This document shows positions 1 through 9,803 of a DNA stretch of 64,000 nt, piece by piece. Under the pieces are notes generated by a model, which worked only from the letters and a program-made list of their open reading frames with translations, did not search any database and had not been told where the DNA came from. The stretch comes from Candidatus Hydrogenedentota bacterium (lineage in GTDB: Bacteria; Hydrogenedentota; Hydrogenedentia; Hydrogenedentales; SLHB01), in the NCBI GenBank assembly GCA_046540175.1, contig JBKHFO010000001.1, positions 9,936-73,935 of the forward strand, in the 5' to 3' direction. Within the stretch, counting starts at the first letter, position 1. Each line of letters opens with the position of its first letter. The position numbers were made by a program, and so were the translations under genes.

Positions 1-1339
1 CCGTGTCCTCCGAGGTGTTGTCCCATTCATCGCCGTACTTACCCAGCGTGACGCCCACGCAGGTTGAGTAGCGGATGTCGTTGTCCTCGATAATCCAGCC
101 CCGGGACCAATGCGCGCCGATGAGTCCCACTTGCTCCGCCGTCGGAGGCGCCCAGGGGGTGGCGGCCTGCATCATCGTGAAGCCGCGCACGGTGATGTAA
201 TCCCGGCCTGGTTCGCTGGGATAGAAGACAGCTTGGCGGACGTTGATTTCGACATCCGCTTCGTTGGGATCCGTATCCTTGAACTGCGCCCAGATTACGG
301 TCTCCGTCTCGTCCACCTCGGCAAACCAAAGGCCCAGCTCCGCCGGTCCCGCTGTTTCCGCGGCAGGCTCCTCAACAGGGTTCTTGAACACCAGGCACAC
401 GGTCTGCGTACCGCTGGTGGGCGCAATTTCGACTGTGAACAATTCCCACTCTTGCCAGCCGCCCGTGTTCGGGACCGAAACCTCGCCCAGAAGTTCGCCA
501 TCCGGTTTGTTTAGGCGAATCTCGATGATTCCGCCTTCCGTGGCGGATGAGGCGCGAATATCTAGCTCCTCCGCGCTCTCGCCGAAGTCCACACCCTCGT
601 ACCGGACCCAGTCGCCGTGCTCAATCCAGCCGATGCACTGCATGTCCTCCGTGGACGGGGCCGTGTCCACGCCACGTTGGTCCGCGTATTCCGCTACAGG
701 GATTCGCTCCGCGCCCTCGGGCTGGAACCAAAGCACATTGATTAGAAACCCCGACGGCGCCTGGGCGTCCCGCCAGGGCGGGCGATCTCCAACAGGCTCC
801 AGCACTTCGTCAAGGGCGGCCGCCTCGGTCAGCCAATGCCCATTGAGATAGACCGCGCCGGTGTGGTGCGTCCGGTCCAAGGGGTTGAACCAGTCGCCGT
901 GGATCTCGTCGCTGTAGGGGTTAAAGTCTCCGAAGAAATCGTTCGGAACCCGCACTTTCCACGTATCATGCCCCACGTGCTCCCAGCCTTGCATGGGTTC
1001 AGAGCCTTTGATGACCACCTCCTCGCCCGGCGCCGCCCGATAGACGATGCGCGCCTCGTTGGAGACGCCGCCCCGCGGGGGATCGATCCGTTCGCGATAG
1101 ACGCCCCCGTGCACCGTGATCGTATCGCCCGGTTCGGCCCTCCGCGCCGCTTCGGAGATGGTGCGCAGTGGCCGCTCTTCGCTCCCGTCCCCGCCGCCGG
1201 GGCGGTCAACGGCGACGTGGTACTCCCGGCCCGAATCCGGTTGTTCACTGGCCAACGCAATCCCGGTTCGTGTCATGGATGCCGTCAAGGCCGCCGCCGA
1301 AGCCGTCTTCAAGAACTGTCTGCGCGTCGATTTCCTCAT
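1..1339 (-). CDS. Secreted (Tat signal) right-handed parallel beta-helix protein, pectate-lyase-fold / DUF1565-like; 3' end lies beyond the window edge
   Basis: Minus-strand translation from the ATG at 1339 gives [18 protein letters not shown] (twin-arginine RRxFLK motif). It continues ...[34 protein letters not shown], the typical N-terminus of beta-helix repeat proteins. AAGGGAG sits 9 nt upstream of this ATG. The ORF runs off the window start, so it is not in the ORF track. Confidence 0.6.
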   Translation of the reverse strand, partial: MRKSTRRQFLKTASAAALTASMTRTGIALASEQPDSGREYHVAVDRPGGGDGSEERPLRTISEAARRAEPGDTITVHGGVYRERIDPPRGGVSNEARIVYRAAPGEEVVIKGSEPMQGWEHVGHDTWKVRVPNDFFGDFNPYSDEIHGDWFNPLDRTHHTGAVYLNGHWLTEAAALDEVLEPVGDRPPWRDAQAPSGFLINVLWFQPEGAERIPVAEYADQRGVDTAPSTEDMQCIGWIEHGDWVRYEGVDFGESAEELDIRASSATEGGIIEIRLNKPDGELLGEVSVPNTGGWQEWELFTVEIAPTSGTQTVCLVFKNPVEEPAAETAGPAELGLWFAEVDETETVIWAQFKDTDPNEADVEINVRQAVFYPSEPGRDYITVRGFTMMQAATPWAPPTAEQVGLIGAHWSRGWIIEDNDIRYSTCVGVTLGKYGDEWDNTSEDT

Positions 1340-1583
1340 GTATTCCATCTCCCTTTTCTATAGGTGTCCGCCGGGCGCATGCGCCGCCCCGTGCTCCCGG
1401 TAATCTTCCCGCTTCGCCGTATAGCTCACATAAGACCACTTGGTCCACTCTAGCGGCAAGTAAGCGACAGATGCAAGAGCCGCCTCAAGCTCGAATGTCT
1501 CGTCGAAGTAATGGCCTGCCCTGCCGGGACCACGGGTGGGAGGGCCGTGAAATACTACTACATCCCGCATCTTCATTTGGCCA

Positions 1584-1615
1584 TTGAATCCTTCATTGAA
1601 TCCTTGATTGAATCC
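1584..1615. promoter_or_regulatory. Three direct repeats TTGAATCC (GGATTCAA on the minus strand) with 12-bp periodicity in a divergent intergenic region
   Basis: Copies start at 1584, 1596 and 1608. The region is intergenic between divergent secreted-protein genes. It looks like a direct-repeat transcription-factor operator. Confidence 0.3.
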
Positions 1616-1960
1616 ATGCCGCGGCGCAACATGCCAAAGTACCGTTGAACAGTACGCACAACGCCACAGTTGAACCTGTTATCTTTGTTTTCGTAATGTT
1701 TTAAGCGCTGGGTGAGACAGAGAGCGGCTCCGTTGGAGAGGAACCGCGCCGTGGGATAGGCCGGTGGCGCCTTGCGGTGAGGAGGGGCGAGGAGGAAAGG
1801 TTAGACAATATCGGCCCCAGTCCCCGTCGCCGGCTCTTCGGATTGACGCCCCTAAAAGCCTGAGAATCGGCCCACCCAAAGGGAGAAACAGTGACGCGCA
1901 GTGAGAAAGGGACTAAACTCCAATTCTCACTGAGCCAAAACAGGAACAGCGAGGTGTTTT

Positions 1961-3520
1961 ATGAAGAATCAAACTCGAACGCTTTCTTTCGCGCGCACGA
2001 TTGTGATCGCCGCCTCATTGGCCGCGGCGATCTGCCTGATCGTCGCCGCTGCTCACCCCGTACCCGCGGCCTCTGCCGCCGCTTCGGGAGACGGGGAGTG
2101 GCCTCAATACGAGGAGAACCCTTTCCGTATCCCGATAACCATTCCACTGTGGTCCGGTGACGAGTATCGCAACGACAAGGGCGGCCTTGTCATTCATGAT
2201 GTCACAGGCGATGGGCTCAAGGATTTCGTGATCAGCTTCAAGGAAGGCCCTCAGCAAGACGACAGCGGGGACGCGCACATCGGCGCCTACAGCCATCACG
2301 GGGAAGAAATCTGGGCCGAACAGGTGGACATGCGGCTGAACATGAAGGCCGAATACGCAGGGTTGCCCGGTCACTTTGGTCCCGGCTTCTATATCGCCGA
2401 CATCGATGGGGACGAGCGGCCGGAATTACTGCACATTGATACATCGGATCGGCTGGTCATCCGTGACGCGCGCACAGGCGCCGTGAAGAAGAGAGGCGCG
2501 GTGGAGCTGCCGGAAGGCGGAGGCCGATGGGGAGGCATGGTGCAGGTTTGCAACTTCCGGGGCATGGGTATGGTGGACGCGCTGCTCCAGGCTGAGTACG
2601 AGGGCGGCGACAGCCGGAACGCGCCGGATCCCCATAACCCGTTCCACCGCCTCACCGCCGTGAAGCTGGATTCTTACGAGGATGGCGAATTCGAGGTGTT
2701 GTGGCACAACACCGATTACATTGGCGGCCGCCACTACGGCGCCCGGGCGATGGATCTTACGGGGAACGGCCGCGACGATGTGGCCGGGGCGGTGATCGTG
2801 AATCACGAAGGGGAGATCGCGCATGAATGGCGATTGCCGGAAGAGGGGTTCGCGCACTATGACAGCATAAAGGTCCAAAATGCCCGTCCGGACCTGCCCG
2901 GCCTGGAGGTCTTCGTGATTACGGAAGGCGGCCAAGAGTGGGTCGCCATGGTGAACCACGACGCGGGTGTCGTATACCACAGCAGCTACGAAAATGACGA
3001 GCCTCAAAAAGGGGCGGTGGGGCAATTCGATCCAGAGCGGCCCAGACTCGAAAGCTGGTGGGCGAACAAGGAGAGCAATTACCGGCATCCGTTTGCCTTT
3101 GATTCCGAAGGCGAATTGATCGCGGCGTACGACTTCAAGAGCAAGTTCCCCCCCGAAGGCCAGGAACGAGACTGGTCAACTGGGTCCACGACATTCATTG
3201 ATTGGAAAGGAACCGAAACGCAACAAGCCTTCATGCGGGGGAGATACGAGCACCCGTCGTTGGGTGGAGTCGCCAATCCCGTCGTCTTTGAGCCCATGAG
3301 CGGGGAAATCATCGAGTGGTTTGATACGCCCGTTCGCCAATGCTTCCCCGCGGATGTCTCGGGAGACTATCGCGAGGAAATCGTCGGTATCGACGGAGAG
3401 ACCAACGAACTCGTGATTTGGTGGAACCCGGAGCCCAATGAGCGGGAGCGGCCGCGTTATTGGAATCATCAATGGTACCGTGTGGCCATGCAGATCGCGG
3501 ACGCGTATTCCGTGAAGTGA
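1961..3520 (+). CDS. Secreted FG-GAP/beta-propeller repeat protein (Ca-binding DxDxDG-like loops; possibly polysaccharide-lyase PL11-like)
   Basis: Signal peptide MKNQTRTLSFARTIVIAASLAAAICLIVAAA. Repeated loops DVTGDGLKDF, IADIDGDERPEL, MDLTGNGRDDVAG and ADVSGDYREEIVGIDGE. GCGAGGTG Shine-Dalgarno sits 6 nt upstream. Confidence 0.7.
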   Translation: MKNQTRTLSFARTIVIAASLAAAICLIVAAAHPVPAASAAASGDGEWPQYEENPFRIPITIPLWSGDEYRNDKGGLVIHDVTGDGLKDFVISFKEGPQQDDSGDAHIGAYSHHGEEIWAEQVDMRLNMKAEYAGLPGHFGPGFYIADIDGDERPELLHIDTSDRLVIRDARTGAVKKRGAVELPEGGGRWGGMVQVCNFRGMGMVDALLQAEYEGGDSRNAPDPHNPFHRLTAVKLDSYEDGEFEVLWHNTDYIGGRHYGARAMDLTGNGRDDVAGAVIVNHEGEIAHEWRLPEEGFAHYDSIKVQNARPDLPGLEVFVITEGGQEWVAMVNHDAGVVYHSSYENDEPQKGAVGQFDPERPRLESWWANKESNYRHPFAFDSEGELIAAYDFKSKFPPEGQERDWSTGSTTFIDWKGTETQQAFMRGRYEHPSLGGVANPVVFEPMSGEIIEWFDTPVRQCFPADVSGDYREEIVGIDGETNELVIWWNPEPNERERPRYWNHQWYRVAMQIADAYSVK

Positions 3521-3595
3521 AGAAGCCGGCTCTCGCTGTTGCGCAATCCTGCCCCAAGATGACACGGCATGATCAACCACGGAATCAGGGCGGCA

Positions 3596-3632
3596 GGCCA
3601 TTCCCCAAGCCGAACAGACTTGGGGAATGGCC
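3596..3632. terminator. Bidirectional intrinsic-terminator-like hairpin between convergent genes
   Basis: Perfect 12-bp stem GGCCATTCCCCA / TGGGGAATGGCC with a 14-nt loop. It lies between the stop at 3520 and the stop at 3660. Confidence 0.5.
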
Positions 3633-3659
3633 GCCGCCGTTCGGCGGGGCGCCGCCAGG

Positions 3660-6233
3660 CTATTCGTAGGTGAAGACGGCCGTCGCGGCGCAATCGGCGT
3701 TCGCGCGGAGGCGGATCCAGTGGGCCGCGAAGCCCTCGGGGAACTCGTGGGTTACGGTTTCGCCCGCGGGCACGGTGAGTTCCGCGTAGGTGAAATACGT
3801 CTCGGGCGTATGAATCGCGCCGAAGATGTCGATCTCAAGCGCGAACGTCACGGCGCTGTCCGCGTCATGGCTTAGCTCGACCCGCTTGCGGTCGTAGCCG
3901 GTCATGAGGTACGGATCGCTCGCCTCGCCGGTTTCCACGGCCGTGCCGCGCCAGGGTCCGCCCACGCCGCGCGGCTTGCCCAGCTTCCAGAGGTCATCAA
4001 TATCGCCAACCCACAGCCCGGTCCGGCCGTCATCCGACGGGATAAGGTGGGGATGTTCGGGATCCGCACCGGCGGCCACTCCTGTAACCACCATCATGCC
4101 GAGCCACGAGCAGAAGTCGATGATCCGCTTGTTGTGTGTCGCCACGGGTTTCAAGGCGCGCACGCCGCCGGAGCTGTTGCGCGGCATCATGTAGAACGTG
4201 CCCGCGGCGTTGAGCAAGGCGCGCTCCGTCACTACTTCGCGCACGCGCCGGGGATCGCCGCCGGGCCAGGCCGCGCCGTAGGCTTCATGTCCTTTAGGCA
4301 GGCGGAACCGCGTGGCGCCTTGGAACAGGATAACCGAGGCTTCATCGATTTCGATATCCAGATCGCCGTCGGGCGCTTGCCCCATACCGCCCGCTTCGAT
4401 GGCGGCGTTTTGCCGCAGGTACTCGGCGGCGTCCGTGTCGTCGGGCTTGTGGCGTAGCACGAGGTCCTCGCCAATCTCGTAGTACCCCACGCCGCTGACT
4501 TCGCCGTCCGCGTCCACATGGCGCGCCCACAAGTGAAGCGTTTCCAGGTCCCCGCCGCGCGGCCGGATGATGCCCCGGGTGTAGGCGTCATTGGTCTCCA
4601 CGCTGGCCAGGGGCGCGAACATCGCCTCGTCCACGACGCTGCCCTTGGAGGGGCCGAAGTGGAAATGGGCCGTGGCCTGGCTCACGTCCCGGTCCGCGCG
4701 CACACGCATCCATTCCCCCGGCGCATCAGGCGGGATGACGTGGTGCGCGTAGCCCTCGGCGGGAACTTCGACCTCGGCATGGTCTTCCCAGTCGTTTTTG
4801 CCGGTGCGATCGATCTCGAGATGAAAGGTCACGGGTTCGCCGGAGTCGTGGCCCAGATGCAGCACCCGTTGCTCGTAGCCCGCGATGAAGAAGGGGACCG
4901 ACGGCGCGCCGCCCTCGACCGGATCCTCCATCCAAACGCCGCCCCATCCCACGGGCGCGCCCATATCGTGCAGGGCGTCCCACGTGGAGAACCAGAGGTT
5001 GGAGTGGCCTTGGCCCACAAGCGGATTGTCGAACGGCGAGGCGTCGTTGCAGGCGAACACCAGCTCGCCGTTCCAATTCTCCACGTCGCTGATGATCTTC
5101 AAGTAGGCGCTGATCGGGCGCAAGCCGGATCGATCGCCCGGCGTAAGGCGTATGGGAAAGTCGAACAAGCCGCCGTTCTTTATCATGAGCAGACGGGGCG
5201 GTTCGCCGTTCGCCGCTGGGACCGCCTCGCGGATGCGCGGCCATTCCGTGTGCCAACCATGATGGCCGTCGTACGAGAAGTCGGCCTTCGGCATACGGAA
5301 CTCCCGCCACTCTTCGTTCTCCATGACCATTAGAATGAGCGAGCGCTTATCCCAGCCCGTGGCCCATACCGGGGCCTCGTCATCGGGCGCCCCGTATATG
5401 CCCCCCGGTCCCGTGACCTCGGTGAACTGGCGCCGTTTGATGAGCCGCCACTCGTCTTCGCCATCCCAATCGGCCAGGATGCCCGCATCTTCATCGCTCT
5501 GATGCTCGGGATCAATCTGGTACTCGAAGGGCTGGAACGGATTCACCGTGCCAGAGGCGTGCTCGCCGTTGTTGCCAATGACGAGGCGGCCCTGGCCGGT
5601 GTAGGCGCCCTTGGCGTGCCAGCCCGGAACGGGCCGGGCGTAGAGAAGGTTCACCTCCAGGGTGTGCACGTCCACTTCGTACAGCAGCCCCTCCATATCA
5701 AAGTGGTAAACCTTGTTTCCGGGATCGTGCAGATGGCGGGCCGTTCCCGTGAGCCGGCCAAAGAGTTTATCCTCTTCCGGCGCGTCGGGCGCATCGCCCA
5801 TCGGAATTACCCGTATGTTGCGGTCCTCGTCCACGAAATAGGGGCCGATGAGGAGCTGGTTCGATTCCCGGTGAATCATGCGGTTGGCGGGCGTGCCGCC
5901 GACGCTATCCGGGAAATGCTCCCGGTTTAGGTCCTCGTTAATGATCCACAGCTTGTCCGAGCTGCCGCCCGGCGAATGCTGGTGATAGGTAATGACCCAC
6001 AGGCGGTCTTGCCATTTCACAACCGCGCCCACCCCGCACTCCCCCCCGCCGTCGCGGTTGAACACGGTGAGATGCGGATACCGCCCGCTGACCCGGAAAT
6101 GCCCTGGATTACCCGCCTGCGCCTGGACGGCGGCGCCCTCCAGGTTCTCCATAAACCCCAAGCTAGCGCCTGCGGCGGCCGTGGCGGCCAGAAACTGACG
6201 GCGCGTCAAACTACCTGCTGATTTCTTGGTCAT
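3660..6233 (-). CDS. Large Tat-secreted hypothetical protein (857 aa) with a C-terminal tandem duplicated domain
   Basis: MTKKSAGSLTRRQFLAATAAAGASLG twin-arginine signal. Two related C-terminal segments: ...SGEPVTFHLEIDRTGKND...WMRVRADRDVSQATAHFHF and ...DADSAVTFALEIDIFGAIHT...WIRLRANADCAATAVFTYE. No family motif recognised. Confidence 0.75.
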   Translation of the reverse strand: MTKKSAGSLTRRQFLAATAAAGASLGFMENLEGAAVQAQAGNPGHFRVSGRYPHLTVFNRDGGGECGVGAVVKWQDRLWVITYHQHSPGGSSDKLWIINEDLNREHFPDSVGGTPANRMIHRESNQLLIGPYFVDEDRNIRVIPMGDAPDAPEEDKLFGRLTGTARHLHDPGNKVYHFDMEGLLYEVDVHTLEVNLLYARPVPGWHAKGAYTGQGRLVIGNNGEHASGTVNPFQPFEYQIDPEHQSDEDAGILADWDGEDEWRLIKRRQFTEVTGPGGIYGAPDDEAPVWATGWDKRSLILMVMENEEWREFRMPKADFSYDGHHGWHTEWPRIREAVPAANGEPPRLLMIKNGGLFDFPIRLTPGDRSGLRPISAYLKIISDVENWNGELVFACNDASPFDNPLVGQGHSNLWFSTWDALHDMGAPVGWGGVWMEDPVEGGAPSVPFFIAGYEQRVLHLGHDSGEPVTFHLEIDRTGKNDWEDHAEVEVPAEGYAHHVIPPDAPGEWMRVRADRDVSQATAHFHFGPSKGSVVDEAMFAPLASVETNDAYTRGIIRPRGGDLETLHLWARHVDADGEVSGVGYYEIGEDLVLRHKPDDTDAAEYLRQNAAIEAGGMGQAPDGDLDIEIDEASVILFQGATRFRLPKGHEAYGAAWPGGDPRRVREVVTERALLNAAGTFYMMPRNSSGGVRALKPVATHNKRIIDFCSWLGMMVVTGVAAGADPEHPHLIPSDDGRTGLWVGDIDDLWKLGKPRGVGGPWRGTAVETGEASDPYLMTGYDRKRVELSHDADSAVTFALEIDIFGAIHTPETYFTYAELTVPAGETVTHEFPEGFAAHWIRLRANADCAATAVFTYE

Positions 6234-6354
6234 GGCGCCCCCCTGTCATGTGAGATTCGGTGTTCAGTTACCCCCGTGTAGTTCAATGGGTACTAGAATC
6301 TCATATGGACCGCGCCGTTTTCCAGGGGGCCCCCAATTATCCAGGCGCTGGTTG

Positions 6355-6783
6355 CTACGTTTTCCCGCGATACCCGTCGACGGACCACCGGTTGTCGCGG
6401 CACACGAAGTATAACGCCGCCACGGTCACAAGGATGTAATTGATGTTATTGGCGGTGGTGGGGGGATTCCCCATGACGTTGGTCCCCAGGGACAGCATGA
6501 TAAGCAGTACCCCCGTCACGGTGAGCATTGGCCTTGTAAAGATTCCCACGATGAGCGCCGCGCCGAGAAGCACCTCGATATACGGCAACACATAGGCGAA
6601 GGGCGCCACGAGAAAGACCGGCAAGTAGGTCTCCTCGAAGTTCCCGATCATGCCTTGGGCCGCGGCGACAGGTCCGCTGGCAATCTTGTTGATGCCGGCG
6701 AAGAAGAACAACACGCCGAGTCCCACGCGCAACAACAGGGCTGACACGGCTTCAAAAGGAAATGGTTTGTTGTTTCCAGTCAT
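6355..6783 (-). CDS. DoxX family membrane protein
   Basis: Translation MTGNNKPFPFEAVSALLLRVGLGVLFFFAGINKI... with 4 predicted TM helices typical of DoxX. The ATG at 6783 has AAGGGAG 8 nt upstream. The ORF-track start at 6810 is an upstream GTG. Confidence 0.8.
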   Translation of the reverse strand: MTGNNKPFPFEAVSALLLRVGLGVLFFFAGINKIASGPVAAAQGMIGNFEETYLPVFLVAPFAYVLPYIEVLLGAALIVGIFTRPMLTVTGVLLIMLSLGTNVMGNPPTTANNINYILVTVAALYFVCRDNRWSVDGYRGKT

Positions 6784-7406
6784 TGTAACGGCTCCCTTGT
6801 TACTGTTCACTCAGTGTCTGTGGTTTAGTAGCCATAAAGCCGCGGCCTAATCCATTGCGAACAGCGGAGAAGACATTGTTGCTGCAAATTATCGCCTCTA
6901 CCTCCACCTGATGTTCGCCGTCCCTCTGAGATGGCGAAAGTTTGCTTCCGTAATCATGTGGTATTAAAGGACCAACTTCACGTTTACTTGTACTTGGATA
7001 CTGTCTTCGTCCGCAAAAACTCCGCCGTAGGTTCCCCCCCTCCCACGAGAGTCACGGGCAAAACAGGTAGGACAATACTTTATATTTATAGTGTTTAATT
7101 TATCATAATTACACATTATGATTTCTACGCGTTGTTTCTTACAACTGTAATATAGCAAACAAAGGCTGGGAGCAGGGATATTCCGCGGATGGCGTTTGGA
7201 TCGATGGAGGAGGCTGCCGGGGGGGGAATAGAAGAACGCGGCCGGTCATTCCCCTCTTAATAGGAAGAGATATTGAAGCGTTCAAGCGTCTTTAGGGTGG
7301 CTTGCCTGAGGGCCATAGGCTGGGTGCGAACGGCCTTATTCAGCCCGCCCAGGGGGCTTTCCATGAGGTATCCCGTGCAACCGATGGGGCGGATTGGAGA
7401 TAGGCA

Positions 7407-8510
7407 TTACCACAAGGTCCCTTTGACGATGGGGACGCGAATCTCAAACCGCGTTCCCCCCGTTTCCAGGTCATCGTAGGAGACGGTTCCGCTGTGGGCG
7501 GTGATAATCCGGTGGACGATGGCGAGCCCGAGGCCGGTGCCTCCCTCTTTATGGGTTACGAACGGTTTGAACAAGTTCTGATCGGGAGGGGCCTGGATGC
7601 CGGCGCCGTTGTCATACACCTCGAAGAGCATATCCGCGTCCACCCGGTGAACCGCGATCAATACCCGGCCTTCCCCGGGCTCGACGGCGTCGATGGCGTT
7701 GTTGACCAAGTTGGAGAGCGCTTGGGCGATGCGGCTGGGATCGGCTTCCATCTCGGGAAGCCCAGGAGGGACGTCTTCCTCCAGCCGCACCCCTTTGTCT
7801 GCGGCCTTTTGCTGGCACAGGCGCAGGGTCCGCGCGACGATCATCTTGGGATGACAGCGGGTAATCTCGATTTGGAACGGCCGGGCGAAACCGAGAAACT
7901 GGCTGATGGTCCGTTCCAGATGGGCGGCCTCCTCGAAAATGGTTTGGGCCGTGTCGTGCAGGTCCTGATCATCCGCTTTGCGCTGGAGCCATTCCGCCAT
8001 TCCACTGATTACCATCACAGGGTTTCGCAGTTCATGGACTACGCCGGCGGTCAGCTCACCTAACGAGGCCAACTGCCGGTTAAGTTCGGCGGCCCGCTCG
8101 ATATTGCGGCGCTCTGTCATGTCCGTGAACAAGAAGATGACGCCGTTGAACGCATCGGGACCGTCCAGCAAAGAGGCCGACAGGCCGATCTCTCGCTTTT
8201 GTCCCTTGGCTATCTCAAGGACAATTTCCCGCCGCGAGATGGACTTCTGAGCGGTCATGACCTCCCGCATTACCTCCATGAAGGGCCGGGCAATGGGCAG
8301 ATCCTCAATGTGGATGCCCGGCGCGAAATCCAATTGATTGGCGTTGAGGAAGCCGCACGCAGCGGGGTTGGCGATGAGGATGCGGGCCTCGTTGTCAAGC
8401 GCCATGACGCCGCTAGGAAGGCTGTGGATGATCTGATTCGCGTAGTCGCTCATCGTTGGGGCGAGGGCTCTTTCACCGTCACCCCACGGGCTGCCTCGCT
8501 CAGGTTCCAT
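7407..8510 (-). CDS. PAS-domain sensor histidine kinase with no adjacent response regulator
   Basis: H-box HELRNP, N-box NLVNNAIDA, G1 DNGAGI, G2 GGTGLGLAI. An N-terminal PAS-like segment is present. The start was trimmed to the ATG with GAGGAC upstream, so the exact start is uncertain. Confidence 0.85.
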   Translation of the reverse strand: MEPERGSPWGDGERALAPTMSDYANQIIHSLPSGVMALDNEARILIANPAACGFLNANQLDFAPGIHIEDLPIARPFMEVMREVMTAQKSISRREIVLEIAKGQKREIGLSASLLDGPDAFNGVIFLFTDMTERRNIERAAELNRQLASLGELTAGVVHELRNPVMVISGMAEWLQRKADDQDLHDTAQTIFEEAAHLERTISQFLGFARPFQIEITRCHPKMIVARTLRLCQQKAADKGVRLEEDVPPGLPEMEADPSRIAQALSNLVNNAIDAVEPGEGRVLIAVHRVDADMLFEVYDNGAGIQAPPDQNLFKPFVTHKEGGTGLGLAIVHRIITAHSGTVSYDDLETGGTRFEIRVPIVKGTLW

Positions 8511-8642
8511 ATAGGGCGTCCTCGGTGGTGTCGCACATGATCTGAACTCCTTTGGCAGAGGGCCTTCCATAGGGCTAACGAGAGCCGTTCGGCCGTATTG
8601 CCGCCTTACCAGAGGGTCGTATCGGCCTTTTCGGCCAAGAAC

Positions 8643-9494
8643 TTAAGCGCGCTTTTTGCTGAGCGCCTTGGCGACGGCGGCGAATTCCGCGAGGGTAAGG
8701 GTTTGCGGGCGGCGGGAGGGGTCAATGCCGGTTTCGGAGAGGGCGTCCAGGGCGGCGTCCCGGTCAATGCCGAGTTCCGGCGCCTTGCCCAGCGTGTTGC
8801 GCAAGGTTTTCCTGCGTTGCCGGAAGGCTTTGTGGATGATGCCGAAGAGAAGGTCGTGGGCCACGCCGGGGTACAGCGGCGTCTCGCGGTTGCGCAAGCG
8901 TACGACGCAACTGTCCACCTTCGGCATGGGGCGAAAGCATGTCTTGGGGACATGATGGACGATGTCCACCTCGCTGTAATACTCCGCCGCTAGCGCCAAG
9001 ACCCCATAGTTCGCCGTGTTGACCCCGGCGCACAGGCGCTCGGCCACCTCGGCCTGCACCATGACGATCATGCGGTCGAAGTGGAGTGAACTCTCCCAGA
9101 AGTGAAAGAGAATGGGCGTGGTGATGTAGTAGGGGAGGTTCGAGGCCATCTTGAGGCGGTCAGGGCCGGGCAAGTATTCTTCCGCCAGTTTGCGCGGTTC
9201 GTGGTTGAGCACGTCGCCGCGGAAGAGGCGGATATTATCCACGGTCTCGAAACGGTCTTCCAGGCACGGCATGAACGAGGGGTCAATCTCAATGGCCAAA
9301 ATCCGCCGCGCGAGGGGATAAAGCTTCTCGGTCAACGCGCCCAGCCCCGCGCCAACCTCGATAACGTCATCCTCTTCAGAGAGCGCAGCGGCGTCCACCA
9401 TGATACGGTTGATGTTGTCGTCCAGCAGCAGGTTTTGGCCGAGCTGCTTTTTGAACCGGATGTTGTATTCCCGGCACATGTCTTGCAAACGCAT
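8643..9494 (-). CDS. rsmA: 16S rRNA (adenine1518/1519-N6)-dimethyltransferase
   Basis: REYNIRFKKQLGQNLLLDDNI matches the KsgA N-terminal RKRFGQNFL motif. SAM-binding VIEVGAGLGALT is present. The ATG at 9494 is preceded by AGAGGTGAT. Confidence 0.9.
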   Translation of the reverse strand: MRLQDMCREYNIRFKKQLGQNLLLDDNINRIMVDAAALSEEDDVIEVGAGLGALTEKLYPLARRILAIEIDPSFMPCLEDRFETVDNIRLFRGDVLNHEPRKLAEEYLPGPDRLKMASNLPYYITTPILFHFWESSLHFDRMIVMVQAEVAERLCAGVNTANYGVLALAAEYYSEVDIVHHVPKTCFRPMPKVDSCVVRLRNRETPLYPGVAHDLLFGIIHKAFRQRRKTLRNTLGKAPELGIDRDAALDALSETGIDPSRRPQTLTLAEFAAVAKALSKKRA

Positions 9495-9513
9495 GAAATC
9501 ACCTCTGGAATAT

Positions 9514-9781
9514 CTCACGCCACGGCGCTACGTTTCCCCAATCGCTGGACAAGGCGGCATGCCGGTTGTTTACATCCCCCTTGATCCCCCCCTTCCAAGG
9601 GTGAACCATAGCGCCGCCCTCCAGGCGGCTTATGTGCCGGCAAGATGCCGGCGGTACGAATTATTTCCCCTTTGAAGGGGGTGGCCCGAAAGGGGCGGGG
9701 GATGTTCTTCTGCTTACGCCTCACGCCACGGCGCTACGTTTGATTGAGTTCTCGTGGCGTCGTAGCGCCGTGGCGTGAGGC
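9514..9781. repeat. Composite repeat. The 21-mer CTCACGCCACGGCGCTACGTT occurs three times (9514-9535 direct, 9719-9738 direct, 9761-9780 inverted), enclosing a GC-hairpin repeat copy (9536-9716). The 21-bp perfect palindrome 9718-9781 is terminator-like.
   Basis: Direct reading. The 9621-9709 core is about 85% identical to 61802-61883. The palindrome is CCTCACGCCACGGCGCTACG-22nt-CGTAGCGCCGTGGCGTGAGG. Confidence 0.6.
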
Positions 9782-9803
9782 CAATTCGTCGATGAAGGGG
9801 CGC

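Noticed and set aside
1358-1576. 72-aa minus-strand ORF upstream of the beta-helix gene
   Set aside because: It has AT-rich third positions (GTA GTA GTA TTT, CTA, TAT) that are atypical for this genome, no Shine-Dalgarno, and no recognisable features. It was treated as promoter/leader sequence.
6964-7158. 64-aa minus-strand ORF inside the AT-rich island
   Set aside because: It is a product of AT-rich sequence (Asn/Lys/Ile/Tyr-rich) with no Shine-Dalgarno. It was interpreted as promoter DNA.
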